Shown: positions 8,985 to 17,397 of the stretch, piece by piece
Layout of the letters: each line of letters opens with the position of its first letter
How positions within the stretch are numbered: the first letter of the stretch is position 1
IMG/VR virus record: IMGVR_UViG_3300014050_000017
Coordinates: 16,134-80,133 of that record
Length of the DNA: 64,000 bases
Origin: a virus
Strand: one strand, 5' to 3'
Made by a program: the position numbers and the translations under genes
Notes under the pieces: model-generated
Told to the model about the DNA's origin: nothing
The model's input: only the letters and a program-made list of their open reading frames with translations
Databases searched by the model: none

Positions 8985-9217
8985 TATGCCATCCGTCCTT
9001 TGACTAGTCTTGAGGCCTTGATACGGTTGCACTTAGGGCACACGCTTTGGTCTCGTAACGATTCTACAGGGTTCATAGCCCCACCACATGCCTTACAGGA
9101 ACGAGTACCGTTATAAAGGGTGTTTTTTAGCTCTTTCTGGGTAGAAAGGCTGACATCCTCTGCACCAACCATACCTTCTCCTGTGCTATCTGTAAATAGT
9201 CCTGGGTCTTTGCTCAT
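8984..9217 (-). CDS. small Zn-ribbon protein
   Basis: CKAC...CPKC; TAATG coupling. Confidence 0.65.
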   Translation of the reverse strand: MSKDPGLFTDSTGEGMVGAEDVSLSTQKELKNTLYNGTRSCKACGGAMNPVESLRDQSVCPKCNRIKASRLVKGRMA

Positions 9218-9531
9218 TAGTCTAGCTCTCTTTTACCAAATTTAGAATTAACATCATTTTCGTTAGCTTTTCGCATTTCAATGCGTTCTGTAGTCTGCTT
9301 TCTTGCATGTCCAGAACCTTTTACAGCAGAAATAGACTCTTCAGCAGCCTTATTTAAATTCATTTTTCCTGCTATACCTTTATTAAAACCATGTGCTGCA
9401 AATCGTTTTTGAGCGGCGGTATCAGTATCCCAGTTTACAAAAGAACCATCAGATAGGCTGTAACCTCCACCAAATTCGTGATTACCTGCAAAACGACGCT
9501 TTGGGTCATTTTCTCTACGTGGTGCTGCCAT
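9217..9531 (-). CDS. hypothetical protein
   Basis: MAAPRREND... after GGAG (track start 9543). Confidence 0.6.
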   Translation of the reverse strand: MAAPRRENDPKRRFAGNHEFGGGYSLSDGSFVNWDTDTAAQKRFAAHGFNKGIAGKMNLNKAAEESISAVKGSGHARKQTTERIEMRKANENDVNSKFGKRELD

Positions 9532-9532
9532 A

Positions 9533-9913
9533 TTAGACTCCATATCCTAATGAGTTGCGGCTAGTTGACTGCTGGCTGTTAGGAGTGTTGGAGAAATCTG
9601 ACTCCACACGTTGTTCTCTACCAGCAGGTAGTCGAACAATATCTTCAATAGTTAACTCATTCTCAGTATATCCGTAACGGTCTGGGAATAGGTTAATCTG
9701 TGGCAAGTTTGGGCGAACATGCTCTTGGATTTCTTCGCTTGTCATTGTCCAAACGGCGAGCGCCTGGTTTAACAAACGGTCTTGATTAGATTGAAATGGC
9801 CCTAGGTATTCCTGTGGGGGAAACGCAGCCTCTTCAGGTGTGTGATATGGCTTGCGGCCATCATCAGTCCACGGCCTACGACCGTAGGTACCATCTGCAT
9901 ATTTACCTGGCAT
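9533..9913 (-). CDS. hypothetical protein
   Basis: 126-aa ORF; TAATG coupling. Confidence 0.7.
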   Translation of the reverse strand: MPGKYADGTYGRRPWTDDGRKPYHTPEEAAFPPQEYLGPFQSNQDRLLNQALAVWTMTSEEIQEHVRPNLPQINLFPDRYGYTENELTIEDIVRLPAGREQRVESDFSNTPNSQQSTSRNSLGYGV

Positions 9914-10077
9914 TAGTTTTTCTTCTCTTCGCCTCTGTACTTAGCAATGTGTTCTTCAAACTCTTTGTGCCTAGACGCTCTGGCAGTGTTGTGAACCTCT
10001 AATGAATGGTCTTCATCGTTTGCAGTGTGGAAATTATTATCACCGCATGTTGGGCAGCTTACTTTGTAAAGAGGCAT
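9913..10077 (-). CDS. small CxxC/His protein (54 aa, not in the ORF track)
   Basis: Read manually: MPLYKVSCPTCGDNNFH...; exactly fills the gap and ends in a TAATG overlap. Confidence 0.6.
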   Translation of the reverse strand: MPLYKVSCPTCGDNNFHTANDEDHSLEVHNTARASRHKEFEEHIAKYRGEEKKN

Positions 10078-10080
10078 AGT

Positions 10081-10620
10081 TTACTTCCACTGTGGACGCA
10101 TACGCGCCATCTGGTCTTGACGTGCGTTATTTACATACATTGGTGAATCGCTCTTTACAGTTGGGCCAGCCTTACCATCATTTGGTAGATGTGGAGCTGG
10201 CGCAATATCTGCCATGAATACATGGCGAGGACTACGATACACGTTTCCATCTTTTACAGCCTGCGCTTGACGCAAAATGCCAGAGTGTGGCTCTAACCCA
10301 GCTGGATAGTAATAACCCTGCTGGTCGATGCGCTCGCCGCGGTGAACGCCGCGTTGGTAAGAGCGCTGACCTATTCTAACTTTAAGTGAGTCGAGTACAT
10401 TTTCAGATTGGCTGTTTGGTCTTCCACGGTCATCGCGTCGTGTGCGAATGGTGCCTAAATAACCATCAGGATATTCTGCTTGTGGTGCACGACCCACGCC
10501 CAGGCGTAGCTCATCGAGTTCATTTCTCGCAACAGGAACACCACCGCCACCATAGTTGGCATACGTACCGTATAAACCACTGGCGCCTAGGTTCTGTGTA
10601 TTTTGGTGAGGGCTGGGCAT
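10081..10620 (-). CDS. hypothetical protein
   Basis: 179-aa G/R/P-rich ORF (AEYPDGYLGTI..RRDDR, YQRGVHRGERID). Confidence 0.7.
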   Translation of the reverse strand: MPSPHQNTQNLGASGLYGTYANYGGGGVPVARNELDELRLGVGRAPQAEYPDGYLGTIRTRRDDRGRPNSQSENVLDSLKVRIGQRSYQRGVHRGERIDQQGYYYPAGLEPHSGILRQAQAVKDGNVYRSPRHVFMADIAPAPHLPNDGKAGPTVKSDSPMYVNNARQDQMARMRPQWK

Positions 10621-10644
10621 ACCTTAAATGATACGCCCAGTACC

Positions 10645-11670
10645 CTACTTAGACGCGTTAAACTCCTGGCCCTCGTACAGTGCCCAGCCGTCCATAATGT
10701 GGATTGGTTGCAAAGTGAACGAATCATCTGGTCTGACCCACGCAATCATCACTCCCTGTTGCCAATCTTCCCAATGCTTTACTGGACGACCTTGGTCATT
10801 TAAACCAGAGCCGTATGAAGGAACCGCACCATCAATGCGGCATAGGCATCCTGGGCTTGCTGACACGCTACGAATTGGACCGTCCTGGTCATGGACTGTT
10901 TTATATTGCATCTCTTGTCTGTGGACATGGCCAAATACTGTTGAGATGTGCGGATTCTTATTGATATAGGCACTGGCAGTTGAGCCGTTAGAACGTACGG
11001 TGGTTCCGTGAATAGCGCGAAGGTACTTGGTTACCCAGTACTCTCCTGCTGGATAGGACCCCACGTAGTCAACCTTAATATCATCTAAACGTAGAAGGTA
11101 TGGGATGGACATTACAGGCCACTCATCTGGAGTTGCGTTAGCACGCTTAATTCCCTTTGATGCCATTGCGTTCATTACTACGTACTTCTGCATACGGCAA
11201 TCGTGGTTTCCTTCTAACAAAACAATCTTTGAATCTGGGCAAGTGGCTCGCTGCTTTGCTAATAGGTTATGACCGTAATCTAGAGCTGGTTGCACTGTGT
11301 GGGCAAACATCTCTTCCTGTGCGTATTTGCCCATGGTTGGTAAATCTAAATAATCCCCCAAATGGATAATTTCATCTACGCCATATTTTTCTTCAAGGTA
11401 TGCAAGCAATTGGAAGTGAACTTCAATCGCTGCTTCATCGTGGAAGGGGTCTAATGTGCCATCTTCATATTTTCTATACCCAATCTGTGGGTCTGGCACG
11501 AACATAATTAGGCGACCGTCTTTTTTGCCTTTACGTTCTTTATAAGTTGCTGGTTTAATTACTGTGGGTTTTGCTGGCTGCACAGGTGGCCATGCCCACT
11601 CATTATTAATATTAACTAAAACTCTATCAAATATATCTGATACAGATTCTTTTACTTCTGGCATGTGCAA
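10645..11670 (-). CDS. calcineurin-like metallophosphoesterase
   Basis: PDPQ, LGDYLD, GNHD, HG and GHVH metal-binding motifs. Confidence 0.85.
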   Translation of the reverse strand: MHMPEVKESVSDIFDRVLVNINNEWAWPPVQPAKPTVIKPATYKERKGKKDGRLIMFVPDPQIGYRKYEDGTLDPFHDEAAIEVHFQLLAYLEEKYGVDEIIHLGDYLDLPTMGKYAQEEMFAHTVQPALDYGHNLLAKQRATCPDSKIVLLEGNHDCRMQKYVVMNAMASKGIKRANATPDEWPVMSIPYLLRLDDIKVDYVGSYPAGEYWVTKYLRAIHGTTVRSNGSTASAYINKNPHISTVFGHVHRQEMQYKTVHDQDGPIRSVSASPGCLCRIDGAVPSYGSGLNDQGRPVKHWEDWQQGVMIAWVRPDDSFTLQPIHIMDGWALYEGQEFNASK

Positions 11671-11909
11671 TACTCCTTAAAGTGTGAGCGAAAGGCAGTT
11701 AGCTTTGCAGGAATATTGACGCCAGCTTTTACCAGTGCTTCATACAAGTTTTTAATATCTACTTTTCTATTTTCATTCTTTAGGCTGTTAAATTTATCCT
11801 GGTCTTCCTTAGGCAAAGTATTTAGCCACCTTTGTACTTTGCATTTCTTTGGCTGTTTTGCATCAGCAATAAAGCCGTCTAGGATAGAGCCCAGCGTGTC
11901 TTTCGCCAT
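11652..11909 (-). CDS. hypothetical protein (possible HTH, H...CxC end)
   Basis: GAGAGG RBS; ends RSHFKEYCTC; overlaps the phosphoesterase start. Confidence 0.65.
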   Translation of the reverse strand: MAKDTLGSILDGFIADAKQPKKCKVQRWLNTLPKEDQDKFNSLKNENRKVDIKNLYEALVKAGVNIPAKLTAFRSHFKEYCTCQK

Positions 11910-11974
11910 ATGACCTCTCTCTGATTAAGGGGCGATTTCACACACAAGCCTACCAGAGAAAAAACGTTTGTACA

Positions 11975-12008
11975 GCAAAATACCCGCGATTTTGGTCGCG
12001 GGTATTTG
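11975..12008 (-). terminator. intrinsic terminator downstream of hsp20
   Basis: AAATACCCGCGA/TCGCGGGTATTT inverted repeat. Confidence 0.75.
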
Positions 12009-12058
12009 CCTGTTAATAAGGGTCTATCTTGCAATGGTGATAGCAAGATGTGTGGACT

Positions 12059-12580
12059 TCAGTGAATTTTGATTTCCTTTTCCTTCTTCTCCTCAGGAAC
12101 AATTCGCTCAAGGTCAATGGTCAATAGTCCATCAGCAATACGAGCGTCATTGACAACTACATCGTCAGCAATAGCAAACTTCTGTACAAAGTTGCGTGCT
12201 GCAATGCCTTTATAGGCGTAATCCGCGTAGTCTTCTCCGCGGTTGCCTTCAACAGTAATGATGTTTTCTTTATAGGTAATCCTAACATCATTCTTAGTAA
12301 AGCCCGCAATAGCCAGTTCAATCTGGGCTTTGTCATTAGGTAGGTGTTTAATGTTATACGGTGGGTACGAGCTTTTGATACGAACATCTTCTAGTTCCTT
12401 GAACAGGTCTAGATGACGGTCAAACCCAACAGTCCATGGCGCTAGCATATTCTGCAGTGCAGAAAATGGGTCTTGTACAGCAGGTTTTACTGATGGAAAT
12501 TGTTGGATTGTTTTTGGCTTATCCCATGGTTCGTGAGGTGAACCTTTTGGGTAGCCGCCATTAATTGGAAATGTAGCCAT
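12059..12580 (-). CDS. hsp20: small heat shock protein (Hsp20/IbpA family)
   Basis: SYPPYNI, IELAIAGF, YKGIAARNF..KF, DGLLTI.L alpha-crystallin motifs; AAGGAG before ATG 12580. Confidence 0.93.
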   Translation of the reverse strand: MATFPINGGYPKGSPHEPWDKPKTIQQFPSVKPAVQDPFSALQNMLAPWTVGFDRHLDLFKELEDVRIKSSYPPYNIKHLPNDKAQIELAIAGFTKNDVRITYKENIITVEGNRGEDYADYAYKGIAARNFVQKFAIADDVVVNDARIADGLLTIDLERIVPEEKKEKEIKIH

Positions 12581-12644
12581 AATATATCTCCTTAGACGAT
12601 ATAACTTTTTGTGACCCTCCGAATGAGCGGTCAGCAATAGTATA
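12581..12644 (-). promoter_or_regulatory. hsp20 promoter (-10 TATACT) and structured 5' leader
   Basis: TATACT at 12644-12639; two leader hairpins, the second enclosing the AAGGAG SD. Confidence 0.5.
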
Positions 12645-12702
12645 CAACAATCTAAATTAGAATATATTCCCGTAACCTTAGAAAAGGTACATTTAGAAAT
12701 GC

Positions 12703-12729
12703 CAAAGCCCCTCCTAGCGAGGGGCTTTG
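12703..12729 (-). terminator. intrinsic terminator
   Basis: CAAAGCCCCTC/GAGGGGCTTTG stem just after the stop at 12743. Confidence 0.7.
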
Positions 12730-12742
12730 CGCTATTCAGTTG

Positions 12743-13081
12743 TTAATTGTGGTCGGCTTTACCATCAGAGAAGTTAGGCGCGACACGATTTACTGCTGCA
12801 GCAATTATACGCCCATTAGCCTGAGTTGCGCTAGCCTCTGGTGCTACAGACCTCTGGAACTTAACGCGAACACCGTAACGAGCACCGCCAGTGGCAGATA
12901 CGTTGGTGCGAGATGGCTTTGCCTGACGATATGGGTCAGTGCCACCCTTTGCGTTTCCAGTCTTCTTCATGAGCTTGCCCTTAAGTGGGGCAGCTACTTT
13001 TGCTGGTTTTGCACCCGTAGCATTGCTCGCATCACTAGATGTCGGAGCTAATGGCTTCGAGTTCTTAGTTGAATCTTTCAT
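12743..13081 (-). CDS. basic hypothetical protein
   Basis: AAAGGA RBS; K/A/T-rich, 112 aa. Confidence 0.65.
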   Translation of the reverse strand: MKDSTKNSKPLAPTSSDASNATGAKPAKVAAPLKGKLMKKTGNAKGGTDPYRQAKPSRTNVSATGGARYGVRVKFQRSVAPEASATQANGRIIAAAVNRVAPNFSDGKADHN

Positions 13082-13140
13082 TTATATTCCTTTGGCCGAA
13101 GGTATAAACAGAGTAGGGTATTTATTGGGGAAATACAGGG

Positions 13141-13422
13141 TTAACGTGCACTGACATCAAAGACGATGGCTGATATCTGGCCGTCATGGCTCTCAATGCT
13201 GGTAAACCCTGGAATACAGATTAAATCCATACCTCTTGGGGCGGTATACCCACGGGCAATGGCAATGGCTTTTACAGCCTGGTTGATAGCTCCAGCCCCC
13301 ACAGCGCGAATCTTGCAGGCGCGGGTCTCATAGATGCTATGAGCAATGGCTGATGCTACGGCTTGTGGGTTAGACCCAGCGCTTACACGCAGGACCTGGT
13401 CATCTTTCAGTTCTTCTGACAT
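13141..13422 (-). CDS. spoVS: SpoVS family (Alba-like) protein
   Basis: VLRVSAGSNPQAVASAIA...IRAVGAGAINQAVKAIAIARGY..P.G.DL...P.F, the SpoVS signature. Confidence 0.9.
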   Translation of the reverse strand: MSEELKDDQVLRVSAGSNPQAVASAIAHSIYETRACKIRAVGAGAINQAVKAIAIARGYTAPRGMDLICIPGFTSIESHDGQISAIVFDVSAR

Positions 13423-13470
13423 TTGATACTCCTATTAGTGGTACTTATTACGGAGTAATCATTATCTATT

Positions 13471-13896
13471 TTAATTTAAAATATCGCTGGCTAAAACCTC
13501 TTCAACCTTTTTAGCAAGGTTGGCCTTATCCAATCCAATATGGCAGGGATGACAGCGTGCAATATAGTGGTCATAATGCATGCAATATGGGTTTTTTCCA
13601 GCTCCTGGGCGGTTTTTATTAGCGGTTCCTAAAAGGACCTCATCGCACTCGCCTATCCAAGACCAGTCAATAGCTGGTTCCCCACAGTCGTAACAGGGGC
13701 TGTTTGAGGCTAGTCCTTTATCTCTCTTTAACCTGCTGTGCATTCCAAAGTAACTAACAACCTCTTTTTTAGGCCTACCAAAACCAGGACTGCGTAGGTC
13801 TCGTGGTCTTTCATACATCCACCAATGTTGGTAGTGGGTTGAGCACATCTGCCGTGCTTTTGCTTTTTTATCGCAATTTTCAATTGAACAATTCAT
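13471..13896 (-). CDS. HNH-like (His-Me finger) Zn-binding endonuclease
   Basis: N-terminal CSIENC...MCSTHY; Y..MH.RL...G...CYDCG...W; RCHPCH; layout typical of actinophage HNH proteins. Confidence 0.6.
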   Translation of the reverse strand: MNCSIENCDKKAKARQMCSTHYQHWWMYERPRDLRSPGFGRPKKEVVSYFGMHSRLKRDKGLASNSPCYDCGEPAIDWSWIGECDEVLLGTANKNRPGAGKNPYCMHYDHYIARCHPCHIGLDKANLAKKVEEVLASDILN

Positions 13897-14105
13897 GGTC
13901 TGTCTAGCGGCGTTGGGGCCTTAGCATAGGTCCCGCAAATACTGCACTCCATATCTAATAGGTATTGGGATATTTCATAATCTTGAAAACTAGCTTTAAT
14001 GTTCCAAAGACTGGATTCACATACGGGACACTCATGTAGGACTTGGTTTTCATAATCCATAGACCCCGTATAGTCGGGTTTTAAAGCTCTAATGCTCTGT
14101 GTCAT
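13893..14105 (-). CDS. Zn-ribbon protein
   Basis: CPVC...CSICG. Confidence 0.65.
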   Translation of the reverse strand: MTQSIRALKPDYTGSMDYENQVLHECPVCESSLWNIKASFQDYEISQYLLDMECSICGTYAKAPTPLDRP

Positions 14106-14328
14106 GCCTGCAGTTTATAAAGTCGTTTGCTAAATGGCAGGCTATATCCATATAAATTGAAGCGGTTGTAAAAAGGTCTACAGGATGGTGAAGGTCATCA
14201 GCCCCTTTAAATCCCCAGTTACCCTTTAGGTATTCTTTTAAGCCTGGGGTTAACCTATCGATAAAATCATCGATAGTCATCCATCCATCTTGGATTAAAT
14301 CTTTATCCTTGTGGTTCTTCATGGGCAA
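14089..14328 (-). CDS. hypothetical protein
   Basis: Overlapping operon gene. Confidence 0.6.
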   Translation of the reverse strand: MPMKNHKDKDLIQDGWMTIDDFIDRLTPGLKEYLKGNWGFKGADDLHHPVDLFTTASIYMDIACHLANDFINCRHDTEH

Positions 14329-14554
14329 GACCGTGCTCCTTTTTAAAATCGTACAGAGCGTTTAAAAACTTCTCCTTCTCTTGTTCTAAAAGAGCTACCT
14401 CATCCTCAGATAGCTTATCTTTATTTTCTTCGTAAAGCTCTACGCCACGTTTAAACTGCATTTCTAATAGTTTTAACTGCTGTAGTCTGCGTTGTTTAAT
14501 AAAAGCATCTTTCTCTGCTTGACGTTGCGCTATCTTTTCTTGTCGTTTACTCAC
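14303..14554 (-). CDS. hypothetical coiled-coil protein
   Basis: Charged helical 83-aa ORF. Confidence 0.6.
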   Translation of the reverse strand: MSKRQEKIAQRQAEKDAFIKQRRLQQLKLLEMQFKRGVELYEENKDKLSEDEVALLEQEKEKFLNALYDFKKEHGLAHEEPQG

Positions 14555-14735
14555 CTTTAGCTCCTATCACTCTAAGTCCTTCCATAATTCCACCGCAGAA
14601 AACGCAATCCTGCTCTTCCCAGCCACTTTGTACGGCGTACCCATAGCAACGGGCGTCGCATTTAGTACAGAACAGTGCATACTGTCCAGGCTCTATTCCA
14701 AGTTTTCCTTCGCCCATGCCGACCACTCCTCCCAC
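14547..14735 (-). CDS. small Zn-ribbon protein
   Basis: CTKC...CVFCG. Confidence 0.55.
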   Translation of the reverse strand: MGGVVGMGEGKLGIEPGQYALFCTKCDARCYGYAVQSGWEEQDCVFCGGIMEGLRVIGAKGE

Positions 14736-14884
14736 AGCTCTATTACTTCAAGGCTTTCATAACTTTGCTCTTCTAGATGTTCGGCAAAATCATCGTCTAC
14801 AACAATTACAGGCAAACCGTTATATAGCATTCCTGTTTCTTTATCTTTAGCAAGTAGTTCTAGGTAGCTAGTCATTGTCCTCAA
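14693..14884 (-). CDS. small acidic hypothetical protein
   Basis: ORF packed between neighbours. Confidence 0.55.
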   Translation of the reverse strand: MRTMTSYLELLAKDKETGMLYNGLPVIVVDDDFAEHLEEQSYESLEVIELWEEWSAWAKENLE

Positions 14885-15447
14885 ATTTCTCGATATTTAG
14901 GGTCTTGTACCTGTTGGTATACCGCTTTTTCATAAGCTAGCTTACCATCCCCTGAGCATAACCTGGCAAGACCATAAGCATCAGCAGCATTGTCATCTGT
15001 AAATGTCTGTCCCCACTTTTTGTAGGTATGTAGAAGTATTAAATTCTTTTGACCAGTACCCGCGCCTGTTACATATTTTTTTAGGGTATTAGGGGGAATT
15101 ATCAATGGGTATATATCGTGCCTTGCTAAGGCCATCTTTGTTATGCCGCCAAGCTCGCCTAGATGAAACACCTTGCCTTTAGCTCCCATGGCGTAACCTT
15201 CCATGGCTGCGTCAATAACGTTTTTATGCCCCATCCATTCATATACAAAATCTTCAATATCCATGAGGCGACGGATACCGCGGTTATCTGATTTAAATAC
15301 TTCTATGTAGTACTTTTCTTGGTAATACGCACATATAGCAAATCCACTATAGGACTGGTCAATGCCCATGTAAAACGGGCTACTGCCAGCGAGGTCAAGG
15401 CCTCCTTCAATTTTTTTAAGGGGCATATCTATTAAACCCAGTGACAC
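14881..15447 (-). CDS. ruvC: RuvC-like Holliday junction resolvase
   Basis: MGIDQS, AMEGY, LGELGG, P..LKKYVTG.G, DNAADAYGLA catalytic layout. Confidence 0.8.
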   Translation of the reverse strand: MSLGLIDMPLKKIEGGLDLAGSSPFYMGIDQSYSGFAICAYYQEKYYIEVFKSDNRGIRRLMDIEDFVYEWMGHKNVIDAAMEGYAMGAKGKVFHLGELGGITKMALARHDIYPLIIPPNTLKKYVTGAGTGQKNLILLHTYKKWGQTFTDDNAADAYGLARLCSGDGKLAYEKAVYQQVQDPKYREI

Positions 15448-15910
15448 GACTACTAGATGTACGGCGAGTTAGTTCTCGGCTGGTCAATGAGTAATAGCGT
15501 TCAATGTTATCTAGGATAGTACGAATCATCTTGTGATAGGCGCGGGCATAGGCATACGCATCAGCCAGCTCACGCACTGCAGGCTCATTCTCAACCTGGG
15601 CACGTAATAACGTGGCTTTCTCTGATGCTTTGCCAGTGGTCTTAGACAGTAGTCCAGAACCAACCGCATCGTTGTATAGGGTTTCGGACTCTAACTCTGC
15701 CAGTTCAGCACAGGCTGCCTGGGTGCGTAGAAAGTTCATGTTTTCAATGTACTTGCTAGCCATACTCATTAACTCTGTGTCATCCACTAAAGTAATGTCG
15801 TTTGGAAAGTCTGGTAGTTCTAGGTTAAGGGAGCGTTTTAATGGCAACCCTTGTTCTTCTAATTGCCTTAGTACCTGTGCGCTTATTCCTGTGGCCACTA
15901 GTTCAGTCAT
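15416..15910 (-). CDS. helical protein, possible UvsY-like recombination mediator
   Basis: GGAGG before MTELVAT; coiled-coil ending SRELTRR; located in the recombination cluster. Confidence 0.4.
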   Translation of the reverse strand: MTELVATGISAQVLRQLEEQGLPLKRSLNLELPDFPNDITLVDDTELMSMASKYIENMNFLRTQAACAELAELESETLYNDAVGSGLLSKTTGKASEKATLLRAQVENEPAVRELADAYAYARAYHKMIRTILDNIERYYSLTSRELTRRTSSSRVTGFNRYAP

Positions 15911-16760
15911 TGTATCCTCCGCATCGTTCGCAATTACCCCAACCATCAATGTTGCACGGTGGTGGTGTTTGATTTTTTACCGCTTCTACAATTTTAGCAG
16001 CAGCCTCAAACAAAGGCGCAACTGAGAAATCACTCTTAGGTATTACAAACTCTTTGGGTTCCTGTGATGCTTTGTTTTCATAAATAAGAACAGCCTCTTG
16101 CGGTACAACATCAAGATTTAAAAGTTCAGCAAGCTTCATATATATCTGTACTTGATTAATATGGGACTCAAATGGAGCTTTGATGGCAGCAAACGCCTTA
16201 TCTAAATCACCGTTATGCTCCATAAATAAAGATGGGTCTTCCCAACGAATAGTGCCTGCACCAATTGATTTAATCTCCAACATCAATGGCTCACCTAGGT
16301 TTACTAATATGCCATCAGAATGACCATAGATACGAAGTGGCTCGTAAAATAGCGGAACCTCTCTATACTCTAACGGTCCATCATGGCAATCAGAACCGCC
16401 AAAAAACATCTCACCGCACTCTATGCAGTACCACTTACCGTATAGCGTTCCCATATCTTGAAACCATCGTTGCCACTTAGCGTGAATAGCATGGCCTTCA
16501 GCAAATACCGATGCTGTACGTAGAGTCATAGAACGGTTGGCTACAGGAGCCTTACCCATCAAATGGTAATAAGAAGCTCTGTGGCACCACTCTTTTTTAA
16601 CCATATCTGACGGATGCAGTACATCGGTACGACGGCTTAAATCTCGTGGCTTTGCAATTAGATGGCGCTCAAGTGAGCCTAATACACGTGTTTTCTTTCT
16701 AGACACGTCTACAAATGCTTTCAGTGCCCCTGTTACCTGTTGTGGCTTTTGTGCTTTCAT
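15903..16760 (-). CDS. Cas4-like / RecB-family PD-(D/E)xK exonuclease
   Basis: HPS...C.R..YY, GH..H, GHSDG, EIKS, QVQIYM and C-terminal Cys residues (Fe-S staple pattern). Confidence 0.8.
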   Translation of the reverse strand: MKAQKPQQVTGALKAFVDVSRKKTRVLGSLERHLIAKPRDLSRRTDVLHPSDMVKKEWCHRASYYHLMGKAPVANRSMTLRTASVFAEGHAIHAKWQRWFQDMGTLYGKWYCIECGEMFFGGSDCHDGPLEYREVPLFYEPLRIYGHSDGILVNLGEPLMLEIKSIGAGTIRWEDPSLFMEHNGDLDKAFAAIKAPFESHINQVQIYMKLAELLNLDVVPQEAVLIYENKASQEPKEFVIPKSDFSVAPLFEAAAKIVEAVKNQTPPPCNIDGWGNCERCGGYND

Positions 16761-16762
16761 GT

Positions 16763-17080
16763 CTAGACCTTATCATCAAATAGGTGCTCCTTTAAAGTCT
16801 TGCCTTCTTTTTTTAATTTACGCTTTAACGCGTTACGTTCTCGATGGCTAAGACCACCCCAGATACCATGCTGTTCATCCATCTGGTCTGAGTACAACAA
16901 GCACTGCTTGCGTACTGGGCATTCTGGCAGGCCGTCACGGCCAAAGCAGACACCCTTAGATATTGTTGCTACTTTTCTATATTTAGTTTTATCACGTGGT
17001 GGAAACCAAAGTTCGGTGTCCATGCCGCGGCATTTGGCGTTATGTCGCCAACCCTCTACGTGACCTGCGTCGTCGTACAA
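16763..17080 (-). CDS. whiB: WhiB-family Fe-S transcription factor
   Basis: W...AKC, C..CPVRKQCL, GIWGGLS.RER signature. Confidence 0.92.
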   Translation of the reverse strand: MYDDAGHVEGWRHNAKCRGMDTELWFPPRDKTKYRKVATISKGVCFGRDGLPECPVRKQCLLYSDQMDEQHGIWGGLSHRERNALKRKLKKEGKTLKEHLFDDKV

Positions 17081-17397
17081 TTATGCTCCTGAAGGTTCTG
17101 GCGCATTTCCAGAAAATCATCTTCAGTTAGCAATATGTAATTGTTATTGTTAAGACTGAAACCGAGGACGGGTGTCCGACTATCAACGATGGCTTCGTTA
17201 ACAATCTTTTCTAGTACTGCTGCCTTGACAGTTACCTGAGTTTTGCCAGTCCACTTGTGTTCTATTAACAAGTCCTTAGACCTAACATCACCCTTACGAC
17301 TCCAAAACGCGCCACTGGCAGCATTACGCTTACCACCAACAAGCTTTGCTAGTCGAGCCTCGTGCTTCTGAGATTCCTTTTGGCCTTTACTCCTCAT
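17056..17397 (-). CDS. Hjc-like PD-(D/E)xK Holliday junction resolvase
   Basis: HE.RLAK, SGA....GDV, IEHK. Confidence 0.7.
   Translation of the reverse strand: MRSKGQKESQKHEARLAKLVGGKRNAASGAFWSRKGDVRSKDLLIEHKWTGKTQVTVKAAVLEKIVNEAIVDSRTPVLGFSLNNNNYILLTEDDFLEMRQNLQEHNCTTTQVT

Noticed and set aside
12581-12700. HAIR (HspR) or CIRCE operator upstream of hsp20
   Set aside because: Neither CTTGAGT-N7-ACTCAAG nor TTAGCACTC-N9-GAGTGCTAA is present.
15903-16760. Cas4-like gene as evidence of a CRISPR-Cas system
   Set aside because: There are no other cas genes and no repeat-spacer array; stand-alone Cas4-like nucleases are common in phages.
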